This document shows, one piece after another, positions 1 through 7,097 of a stretch of 51,441 nt of DNA (position 1 is its first letter; the number at the start of each line of letters is the position of its first letter). Under the pieces are notes generated by a model. That model saw only the letters and a list, made by a program, of their open reading frames with translations. It was not told the origin of the DNA and did no database searches. The DNA lies in IMG/VR virus record IMGVR_UViG_3300022074_000068, positions 1-51,441 of that record, one strand, 5' to 3'. Source of the stretch: a virus. Its lineage: Duplodnaviria > Caudoviricetes. The position numbers were made by a program, and so were the translations under genes.

Positions 1-298
1 AAGAAACGGACTTGCAACCCCCGGTACACTTGCAGGCTTTAGTTGCTACAAGTCTACTGCATTAAATAGTACAGCAGGTACTGACCAAGTAACATTATCA
101 GGTGTCGCTACAGACGCTTCTGAAAATATTATTATGGCAGGACATATTTCTGCTGCGGCTACAGCGTCTCACATCGCTAAGACCGAAGTGGTACGTTCAA
201 CTGAATCATTCTCTGATGTTGTTAGAGGGTTACACGTTTTTGGAAGAAAAGTCCTTAGACCTGAAGCTCTTGTACGTGGCATCATAGACTTTGCTTAA
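1..298 (+). CDS. major capsid protein, C-terminal part (5' truncated by window)
   Basis: Open frame from nt 2 (RNGLATPGTLAGF...GHISAAATASHIAKTEVVRSTESFSDVVRGLHVFGRKVLRPEALVRGIIDFA*) resembles the end of P22-type podovirus coat proteins; the scaffold-like gene at the window end would precede it. Missing from the ORF track. Confidence 0.85.
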   Translation, partial: RNGLATPGTLAGFSCYKSTALNSTAGTDQVTLSGVATDASENIIMAGHISAAATASHIAKTEVVRSTESFSDVVRGLHVFGRKVLRPEALVRGIIDFA

Positions 299-313
299 TA
301 GGGAGGATTAACT

Positions 314-787
314 ATGGCTACAATAGATAGAACTCCTAATGGAGGAACTGCAGGTCATCCGGGTAATGTCGCAAGACCTTACGTGGTGACATCTAAAGTT
401 CATGACACTGCAGATGGTGGTGCAGGAGGAGACGTCATTCAATTGATTGATGTTCCTGCTGATACTATGATCGTTGCAGGTGTTCTTGAAGTTTTAGAAG
501 CTAGAGGTAACACAGACATCACTTTAGATGTGGGTATTACAGGTGGCGATGTGGACTGTTTTGTTGACGGTTCAGTATTGGCTGCAGGTTTTACACCTTT
601 TCTAGAAGCTGCTGTGGGTGCTTCAGGTGCTAATGCTAGAGTATTAACTTCAGCAGACACAATCGATGCGTTAATCATCGATGGTGGATCAACAGGTGAA
701 AGTGCTGCCAGATTTAGAATACACGTTGTTCTAGCTGACATCTCTGCAAACCCTGTCGAAACTGCTACAGTTTCTACTGGAACATAA
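314..787 (+). CDS. putative capsid decoration / minor capsid protein
   Basis: 157 aa, acidic and beta-rich; GGGAGGA RBS; lies directly after the capsid gene and before a terminator. Confidence 0.6.
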   Translation: MATIDRTPNGGTAGHPGNVARPYVVTSKVHDTADGGAGGDVIQLIDVPADTMIVAGVLEVLEARGNTDITLDVGITGGDVDCFVDGSVLAAGFTPFLEAAVGASGANARVLTSADTIDALIIDGGSTGESAARFRIHVVLADISANPVETATVSTGT

Positions 788-797
788 AACTATTATA

Positions 798-829
798 GGA
801 GAGCAGGGCAACTTGCTCTCTTATCTTTT
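798..829 (+). terminator. intrinsic terminator after the capsid operon
   Basis: GGAGAGCAGG-GCAA-CTTGCTCTCT hairpin with a GNRA loop, followed by TATCTTTT. Confidence 0.7.
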
Positions 830-863
830 AAGGGGGTAAATGTCATATATGCGAGGGTAACAT

Positions 864-1541
864 ATGTCATACCTAATAAGTAACATACCACACTTTAAGT
901 GTTGGGTACGAAAAGAATTTACACATAACCACCAAATGTATCACGGTGAATATTTACACGCACTAGCAATAGCCGTGAACACAGTGCCAGACAGATGTCT
1001 TAGCTTTCAGGTTGTATTTACAGGATGTGAAAGTGATGACGATGAGAACGAACAAAACGTACACGGTGGTGCAATGTGGGCAAGGATGCCGATAACAGCA
1101 CTCGTTGCTGATATACCGTACGAAGAGTGGCCGCAGAAAATGCCAACGCATTTGGCTCAACCGTGGGATTGCAGTTCACATCATCATTCGGTAATGAAGT
1201 TAGATAGAGTTAGTTCTTCTCCGTGGATTTGCAAGATAGACGGAGAGTTTCACAAAGGACAATATCTGTTTACTGTAGACTACACAGAAAGTGACATAGC
1301 AGATGATCCTGCACAACATAAACAAAGTCACGTACTACAGTTAATAGACGCAGGAGATTGGACAGGTAACATCGTTGCCCTACCAAACAACAGAGTCAGA
1401 GCAACAAGTCCTGCACTCTGGGAGACTGGCGAAGGACCTCCAGACTTTAGACCTAGCCAGTATATACACAATGCAGAGATTCACGAAACTTATCTTGATC
1501 CTGCAATAACGTTTGATAACTTATATTCGGAGAATGACTAA
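864..1541 (+). CDS. conserved marine phage protein of unknown function
   Basis: 225 aa, rich in Trp/His/Cys (GAMWARMPI, QPWDCSSHH, QHKQSH); GAGG RBS. Confidence 0.75.
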   Translation: MSYLISNIPHFKCWVRKEFTHNHQMYHGEYLHALAIAVNTVPDRCLSFQVVFTGCESDDDENEQNVHGGAMWARMPITALVADIPYEEWPQKMPTHLAQPWDCSSHHHSVMKLDRVSSSPWICKIDGEFHKGQYLFTVDYTESDIADDPAQHKQSHVLQLIDAGDWTGNIVALPNNRVRATSPALWETGEGPPDFRPSQYIHNAEIHETYLDPAITFDNLYSEND

Positions 1542-1759
1542 TGATGGGCAAGAAGAAAATGATGATGGGTGGTGGCAAAGCTAAAAAGATGATGAAAGGT
1601 GGCGGCAAAACCAAAAAGTACATGGCTAAAGGTGGAGCTATGGGTGGCATGAAAAAACCAACTATGATGTCAAAAGGTGGCAAAGCAGGTGGTAAGATGA
1701 CTTTAGCTTCTGTAAGATCTGCTGCTAAGAAAATGGGATACAAGCTAGTAAAGGCTTAG
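1541..1759 (+). CDS. small Lys/Met/Gly-rich basic protein with tandem xxGG repeats
   Basis: TAATG overlap with the upstream stop; GGAG RBS; repeats MMMGGG, MMKGGG, MAKGG, MSKGG. Confidence 0.8.
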   Translation: MMGKKKMMMGGGKAKKMMKGGGKTKKYMAKGGAMGGMKKPTMMSKGGKAGGKMTLASVRSAAKKMGYKLVKA

Positions 1760-1762
1760 TCA

Positions 1763-2053
1763 ATGACCAAGAAACGTGGGAGCATGAAAGGGTACACCAT
1801 CAAGAGTGGTGACAAACGACCCACCAAGTCTGGTGCAGGGATGACCAAGAAAGGTGTTGCAAAATACCGTAAAGAGAATCCCGGAAGTAAGCTCAAGACT
1901 GCTGTAACAGGCAAGGTCAAACCCGGAAGTAAAGACGCAAAGAGACGTAAGTCCTTTTGTGCTAGATCTGCAGGGCAAATGAAAAAGTTCCCCAAAGCTG
2001 CTAAGAATCCAAATAGCAGATTACGACAAGCAAGGAGACGATGGAAGTGTTAA
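1763..2053 (+). CDS. small basic phage protein (RRKSFCAR motif family)
   Basis: 96 aa, K/R-rich; GMTKKGVAKYR...RRKSFCAR...ARRRWKC pattern recalled from marine phage late regions. Confidence 0.75.
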   Translation: MTKKRGSMKGYTIKSGDKRPTKSGAGMTKKGVAKYRKENPGSKLKTAVTGKVKPGSKDAKRRKSFCARSAGQMKKFPKAAKNPNSRLRQARRRWKC

Positions 2054-2063
2054 GGAGACACAC

Positions 2064-2507
2064 ATGACAAAGCAGTATATGAAAGAGAGATCTGGAAAGG
2101 ATAGTAATGTAGAGTTCCAATCTGGTGCAACTAAAGTTACAAAACCAAAACTACGACCTAAAAGTATAAAAGAACCAGACTTTAGAGGAGTAGATAAACT
2201 CTATTCTAATCCACCAAGAAAACCTATGATGTCAGAGCAGAAAAAAGCTACTACGTACACAGGAAGAGTATACAATCCTGAACCTAAACCAAAAGCACCT
2301 AAGAAAAATTTACCTCTTAGTGGTAAGAAAAAAAGAATGGATAAAGGTAGATCTAGGCTAAATCCTTTTATAACTTATGATGATAAGAAAAAGAAAGCTA
2401 AACCCCCTCTCAAATTTAAGTCTCCTGCAGGTAATGAGGGTGGATCAGACGCACTGTACAGAGTGCCACAATTAAGTAGAAACAAAAAGAAAAAATTAAA
2501 AACATAG
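2064..2507 (+). CDS. basic, probably disordered hypothetical protein
   Basis: AAGGAG RBS; K/P-rich; contains YSNPPRKPM. Confidence 0.7.
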   Translation: MTKQYMKERSGKDSNVEFQSGATKVTKPKLRPKSIKEPDFRGVDKLYSNPPRKPMMSEQKKATTYTGRVYNPEPKPKAPKKNLPLSGKKKRMDKGRSRLNPFITYDDKKKKAKPPLKFKSPAGNEGGSDALYRVPQLSRNKKKKLKT

Positions 2508-2515
2508 GATATCAA

Positions 2516-2623
2516 ATGTTAACTGAAATTAATTTTATATTGTTTAAGTTTTTTAATAAAATTAGTAATAATTTTTACAGACGCTATGTAAATATGCTAC
2601 ACAAGTCTCAAGGGAGAATCTAG
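2516..2623 (+). CDS. 35-aa micro-ORF
   Basis: MLTEINFILFKFFNKISNNFYRRYVNMLHKSQGRI*; AGGA RBS; fills the gap, and its TAG overlaps the next GTG start. Confidence 0.5.
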   Translation: MLTEINFILFKFFNKISNNFYRRYVNMLHKSQGRI

Positions 2624-3015
2624 TGTTATCGGCTCTTATAGGACCTATTAGTAGTCTCGCAGGCACTTGGTTTGAAAACAAACTTGCAAAGACAAAGGCA
2701 GACGGACAGGCTAAAGTTGCAGAAGCTAAAGCTCGTGCGACTGTTGCAGAAAAGGTTGCAACAGGTCAGGTTGCATGGGAAGGCAAGATGGCTGATGCTA
2801 CAGTGGATTCTTGGAAAGACGAGTTTGCGTTAGTTGTGCTACTTGCTCCTGCCATACTTGTGTTCATCCCCGGAATGAGAGACTATGTAAAAGAAGGGTT
2901 TGAGATACTAGCAACGTTACCTGAATGGTATCAATACTTATTATATATAGCAATTTCTGCATCGTTTGGTATCAAAGGTGTAGGTCAAGCAGCAAAGATG
3001 TTAAGGAAAAAATAA
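2623..3015 (+). CDS. putative holin (3TM / GTA-type holin-like)
   Basis: Amphipathic N-terminus, SWKDE motif, hydrophobic segments FALVVLLAPAILVFIP and LPEWYQYLLYIAISASFGI, basic C-terminus; near the endolysin. Confidence 0.65.
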   Translation: MLSALIGPISSLAGTWFENKLAKTKADGQAKVAEAKARATVAEKVATGQVAWEGKMADATVDSWKDEFALVVLLAPAILVFIPGMRDYVKEGFEILATLPEWYQYLLYIAISASFGIKGVGQAAKMLRKK

Positions 3016-3422
3016 TGGAAGAGCAGTACAGAGATTATTTTGGAAATCCCATAACCAAAAAAAAATATAAAGAACAAATGGATTATAAGAAAAAAGCAAT
3101 TAAAAAACGTAAAGAAGAAGAAAGAAAAAGATTACAAAAAAAATTTCATGATGATGGACCTGATGGTGGTCAAAAATTAAGAAACGTAATTAAAAGAGAC
3201 GAAAGAAAAAAAGCTTACGATAGAAGTGGTAAAGTTATTAAATATAAAAAAGATGAATACAAAGCTAAAATAAAAAATTACGCTCAACCTAGAAGTAGTG
3301 ATATGAGTATGGAACAATTGCTTGAAAGTTTAAAAAAACAAGAACAAAAATTACAAAAAAAAGAAGATAGAGAAACAAAACTATTTGGTAGACCTAAGAA
3401 AAAAGGAGAACTAGGAATATGA
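3015..3422 (+). CDS. highly charged Lys-rich hypothetical protein
   Basis: Start moved to ATG 3015 (TAATG overlap, AAGGA RBS); contains NYAQPR. Confidence 0.65.
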   Translation: MEEQYRDYFGNPITKKKYKEQMDYKKKAIKKRKEEERKRLQKKFHDDGPDGGQKLRNVIKRDERKKAYDRSGKVIKYKKDEYKAKIKNYAQPRSSDMSMEQLLESLKKQEQKLQKKEDRETKLFGRPKKKGELGI

Positions 3423-3616
3423 AAACTTATTATAATAGTGGATCTGGCATGTCAGGTGGTGGAAAAGCAAAAAAGAAGAGTGGCTCTAAGCCAAAAAATC
3501 CATCATTATACGCTAGAGTAAAAGCAGAAGCAAAGCGTAAGTTCAAGGTTTACCCAAGTGCATATGCAAACGCATGGCTTGTGCGTACATACAAGAAACG
3601 TGGTGGCACTTACTAA
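3419..3616 (+). CDS. small basic protein (YPSAYANAW...YKKRGG motif; DUF5872-like N-terminal half)
   Basis: ATGA overlap; motif P.N..LY..VK..AK.KF..YPSAYAN.WLV..YKKRGG.Y. Confidence 0.7.
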   Translation: MKTYYNSGSGMSGGGKAKKKSGSKPKNPSLYARVKAEAKRKFKVYPSAYANAWLVRTYKKRGGTY

Positions 3617-3879
3617 TGAGTCTAACCAAGTGGTTTAAAGAGGATTGGCGTGATGTCAAGACTGGCAAGAAATGTGGTCGGTCTGGCAAAGAAAAGAAAA
3701 CACGACCCTATCCTGCATGTAGACCCAAAGCCGTTGCAGGTAAGATAAGCAAAAAAGAAGCAAGTAAGAAAACAGGACCTAAAGCAGTGAAGTGGTCTGT
3801 TACTGCATCAGGTAGACGAAGAAAGAAAGCTGCAGAGGGTGGTAGAATACATAGAGGTAGAAAGGTAGAGATTGCATGA
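3616..3879 (+). CDS. small basic protein (L.KWF.E.W.D...CGR...YP.CRP motif; DUF5872-like C-terminal half)
   Basis: Start moved to ATG 3616 (TAATG overlap): MSLTKWFKEDWRDVKTGKKCGR...YPACRPK...KKAAEGG. Confidence 0.7.
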   Translation: MSLTKWFKEDWRDVKTGKKCGRSGKEKKTRPYPACRPKAVAGKISKKEASKKTGPKAVKWSVTASGRRRKKAAEGGRIHRGRKVEIA

Positions 3880-4502
3880 ATGATAAAAAATATTCTAATC
3901 AACCTAGAAAACCCATGTTCACTGGCGAAGAATTAGCAAGAGCTATAAAATCAGCACCAACTTTTTCAAAACAAAGACCTCCAATTCAAAGACGTAAAAA
4001 ATCAAAAATTAGTGGTCGTCTAGATATTAAAGCTAAAAACAAAACAACAAAAGAATCTTTAACACCATACTCTGATGTTCCTGATTTTCGTATAGATACA
4101 GAAGTTAAAGAAAAACTACGACAAATACAGGGTGATGTTAGTTTTGATCTAAGACCTTTACGTTTAACAGGATTTGGTGCTAGAACAAAAGTGACAGGCA
4201 CTGCAAAAGAAAAAGGCACTTATAAAGGAGTGCCAACTGGAACTTATGAAGAGACATGGAAAAGTATAGAAAATAATATAGGTGGTGCTTTAGGTTATCA
4301 AATAAATGAAAACAATAGAATTGGTGTACAGTTAAGCAAAAGATTTTTTGAAAATCAAAAAGGTAGTGATAATCAAATTACATTAGATTACAATGTATCA
4401 GACATAGGAAATGGTAATCTTAATGTTAGTTTAACAGGAATAGATCCTATGAGTGGTAAAAAAACAAAAGCAATGAATTTACAATACAGAGTGGATTTTT
4501 AA
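3876..4502 (+). CDS. hypothetical protein with a beta-barrel-like C-terminal region
   Basis: Basic N-terminus with YSNQPRKPM; amphipathic beta strands; ends in LQYRVDF. Confidence 0.6.
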   Translation: MNDKKYSNQPRKPMFTGEELARAIKSAPTFSKQRPPIQRRKKSKISGRLDIKAKNKTTKESLTPYSDVPDFRIDTEVKEKLRQIQGDVSFDLRPLRLTGFGARTKVTGTAKEKGTYKGVPTGTYEETWKSIENNIGGALGYQINENNRIGVQLSKRFFENQKGSDNQITLDYNVSDIGNGNLNVSLTGIDPMSGKKTKAMNLQYRVDF

Positions 4503-4503
4503 A

Positions 4504-4998
4504 ATGAAGTATGACGCAGATGAATTTGTAGAAATGGTTGCCAAGCATGAAGGTGTGGTGCTTGAACCGTATAGAGACATCTTAGGTATAAGCACAATCG
4601 GCATAGGTAGAAACTTAGAAGATGGTGGCATCACAGATGTTGAGTTAAATTACATAGGTAAGACACTTGAAGATATACTTGAACAGGGTCTTACACGAGA
4701 AGAAGCATATTATCTGTGTCGAAACGATATAAGCAATGTAGAAAAAGAATTACTCGAAAGAAAACCTGTTGTAAATCAACTTGATTCTGTACGACAGATG
4801 TGCCTTGTAGATATGGGATTTAATATGGGTGTTCCTCGTCTTATGAAATTTGTTAAGATGTGGGGAGCTATAGAGGTGGGTGATTTCTACGAAGCAAGCG
4901 AGCAGATGCTTGACTCACGTTGGGCAACTCAGGTTGGAAAACGCAGCGAGGGTTTAGCAGAGATGATGAAGTTGGGGTATGAGTTTTATGGCAGGTAA
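4504..4998 (+). CDS. endolysin, T4-like lysozyme (GH24)
   Basis: Catalytic triad E-x8-D-x5-T in HEGVVLEPYRDILGISTIGIG; also MGFNMG and SRWATQVGKR. Confidence 0.9.
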   Translation: MKYDADEFVEMVAKHEGVVLEPYRDILGISTIGIGRNLEDGGITDVELNYIGKTLEDILEQGLTREEAYYLCRNDISNVEKELLERKPVVNQLDSVRQMCLVDMGFNMGVPRLMKFVKMWGAIEVGDFYEASEQMLDSRWATQVGKRSEGLAEMMKLGYEFYGR

Positions 4999-5131
4999 AA
5001 AACGATGCGAGACTTGCGAATGTTACGACTGCGATTGCGAAGAATGTTCATGCGATTGTCATCACAATGATAGAGTTTCTCCTGATCTTCATGATCGACA
5101 CGAGAGTGATAAACCAAACACAGAGATTTGA
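4988..5131 (+). CDS. 47-aa Cys-rich metallothionein-like peptide
   Basis: MAGKKRCETCECYDCDCEECSCDCHHNDRVSPDLHDRHESDKPNTEI*; below the ORF-track length cut-off. Confidence 0.6.
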   Translation: MAGKKRCETCECYDCDCEECSCDCHHNDRVSPDLHDRHESDKPNTEI

Positions 5132-5243
5132 CAACATTGACACGTGTCTTTACTTTGCAGAACGTTTAACTAAACAATCAACAATACCATATAAGGATGG
5201 CAATAGAAAAATAACGGCTTATTGTAAGCCAGTAAACAAGTAA
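5067..5243 (+). CDS. 58-aa small protein with hydrophobic N-terminus and two Cys
   Basis: MIEFLLIFMIDTRVINQTQRFDNIDTCLYFAERL...ITAYCKPVNK*; fills the gap up to the next RBS. Confidence 0.65.
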   Translation: MIEFLLIFMIDTRVINQTQRFDNIDTCLYFAERLTKQSTIPYKDGNRKITAYCKPVNK

Positions 5244-5253
5244 GGGGAATACT

Positions 5254-5679
5254 ATGTTAGCAGAACTTGCAGCGGCAAACGCTGCTTTTTCGGTGATCAA
5301 ACAATTTGTATCCAACGGAAAAGAACTTTCAGGTTGTGCTAAACAGATTAGTGATTTTGTATTTGCAAAAGAACAAATAGAAAAGAAAGCAAGTAGCAAA
5401 CAAGGTGCAAGTGGTGATTTAGAAGAGTTCATGGCTCTTGAGCAAATAAAAGAAAAAGAAGAAGAACTCAAGAAAATCATGATATATTTAGGTAGACCGG
5501 GATTGTGGCAAGATTGGCAAGCCTTTCAAGGTGAAGCACGTAAGTCTAGACGCTACGCAGAAAAGGTAAAAGCGAAAAGACGTGAAGAGATATTTGAATA
5601 TATTACGTATACCATAGTATTTCTTATGATAATAGGCTTTGTTTGTTTACTAGCTCTTGTATATATAAACCATAAATAG
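5254..5679 (+). CDS. membrane-anchored hypothetical protein
   Basis: AGGGG RBS; helical/coiled-coil body; C-terminal TM segment YITYTIVFLMIIGFVCLLALVYI. Confidence 0.8.
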   Translation: MLAELAAANAAFSVIKQFVSNGKELSGCAKQISDFVFAKEQIEKKASSKQGASGDLEEFMALEQIKEKEEELKKIMIYLGRPGLWQDWQAFQGEARKSRRYAEKVKAKRREEIFEYITYTIVFLMIIGFVCLLALVYINHK

Positions 5680-5680
5680 A

Positions 5681-5709
5681 TTGACATTTAGGCAGTCTAT
5701 CTGTATAAT
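5681..5709 (+). promoter_or_regulatory. consensus sigma70 promoter
   Basis: TTGACA (5681-5686), 17-nt spacer, TATAAT (5704-5709). Confidence 0.8.
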
Positions 5710-5727
5710 CCTAAAAAGGAGTACCCC

Positions 5728-5937
5728 ATGAAGAAATTAGCCGCACAAGCATTAGCTTTTCAATATCAACTACAAATTGAAAACGCACAAGCCGTATTAA
5801 ACAACAGTAACGCTGCGTTAAATTTAATTGATCAATCTTTGAACGATATCATAACTGCCAATGAAAAACTAAAAACATTAAATACTATGATGTCTAGTGC
5901 TATCAAAGAAATAAAAGAAGAAGAAAAAGCTTCATAG
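5728..5937 (+). CDS. small coiled-coil hypothetical protein
   Basis: AAGGAG RBS; 69 aa, helical. Confidence 0.7.
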   Translation: MKKLAAQALAFQYQLQIENAQAVLNNSNAALNLIDQSLNDIITANEKLKTLNTMMSSAIKEIKEEEKAS

Positions 5938-6227
5938 TGACTAAGAAAAAAGACCCTAAAGTAGGCACAGGTAAGAAACCTAAAGGTAGTGACAGACGTT
6001 TATACACGGATGAGAATCCTAAAGATACGGTTAGAATCAAATTTGCTACTCCGTCTGATGCCAGAGCAACGGTTGCGAAAGTTAAAAGAATCAATAAACC
6101 GTATGCGAGAAAGATACAAATTCTTACAGTCATGGAACAACGTGCAAAAGTAATGGGTAAAACGGAAGTTGTTGCAATAGCAAAGCGAGCCAAAGAGCAA
6201 TTAAAGAAGGCACGTAAAAGTGGGTAA
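5937..6227 (+). CDS. small basic protein (RRLYTDENPKDTV motif)
   Basis: GTG start overlapping the upstream TAG; K/R-rich. Confidence 0.75.
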   Translation: MTKKKDPKVGTGKKPKGSDRRLYTDENPKDTVRIKFATPSDARATVAKVKRINKPYARKIQILTVMEQRAKVMGKTEVVAIAKRAKEQLKKARKSG

Positions 6228-6482
6228 CTACAGAATAATTAAATTAAAAAAAAAATTTACGTTTACTAATACCTGTTGATACCAAACCTTACAAACTACT
6301 GACTCCTGAAGAAGTAGTGGATATCAACAAAAAGCTAAATAGTCCGTTACGCAAAGCTCAAAAAAGACGACACTATTTAGAAATTAAAAAAGTTCAAGAG
6401 AAACTTAAACATGGCAAGCAGTTATCTAGTATTAATCAACAACGTACTAAGAGATCTAAACGAAGTAGAACTAACAAGTAGT
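6220..6482 (+). pseudogene. basic ORF interrupted at an A10 run (frameshift or sequencing error)
   Basis: GTG 6220 reads VGNYRIIKLKKK and stops early; removing one A from 6246-6255 gives a continuous frame LRLLIPVDTKPYKLLTPEEVVDINKKLNSPLRK...TNK*. Confidence 0.45.
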
Positions 6483-7097
6483 AACTTTAGTTCATCACGT
6501 GGTGTACAAACTGCAGTAAAAGACTACGTTAATCGTGGAATAGATGACATAATAAATGCAGATACCGAATGGCCCTTCACAGTTATTAACAAAAGTTTTA
6601 CGACTACTGCAGGCACACGTCTTTATACTAGATCTGCACTAAGCACAACAAACACAAAAACAGTAGACTTCGACAGTTTTACATTTCTTGAAGCTGCAGA
6701 TAAAAAAGAAATTACACTTGAGTATATAACTTACAGTGAGTATCTCGACAACTATCACGAAAGAGATACAGATCCAACAGGCAACTCACGAGCCATACCT
6801 GTCTATGTTTATGAAGATCCTGAAAACAATATAGGTTTGTCTCCTGTTCCTGACAAAGCAACATATACTGTAAAATACTACTACTATGCTACACACACGG
6901 CACTAAGTGCGTCAACCGATACATCTTCTATACCAACTCGCTTTGAAAACGTAATAATAGAAAGAGCAAAGTATTATGCGTATACTTTGCGTGGTGATGT
7001 ACAAAATGCACAACTTGCACAGATGCAATTTGATAAGTCAATCAAGCGTATGCGTGTCGAGTTAATTAACAAACAATTATACATGAGAGCCGTCTAA
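6411..7097 (+). CDS. tail tubular protein A / head-tail adaptor
   Basis: 228 aa; YL.LIN.VL..LNE start and WPF motif, typical of T7 gp11-like or P22-type adaptors; first gene of the tail module. Confidence 0.7.
   Translation: MASSYLVLINNVLRDLNEVELTSSNFSSSRGVQTAVKDYVNRGIDDIINADTEWPFTVINKSFTTTAGTRLYTRSALSTTNTKTVDFDSFTFLEAADKKEITLEYITYSEYLDNYHERDTDPTGNSRAIPVYVYEDPENNIGLSPVPDKATYTVKYYYYATHTALSASTDTSSIPTRFENVIIERAKYYAYTLRGDVQNAQLAQMQFDKSIKRMRVELINKQLYMRAV

Noticed and set aside
102-287. Track ORF 102-287
   Set aside because: Out-of-frame overlap with the capsid C-terminus, which runs from nt 2 to 298.
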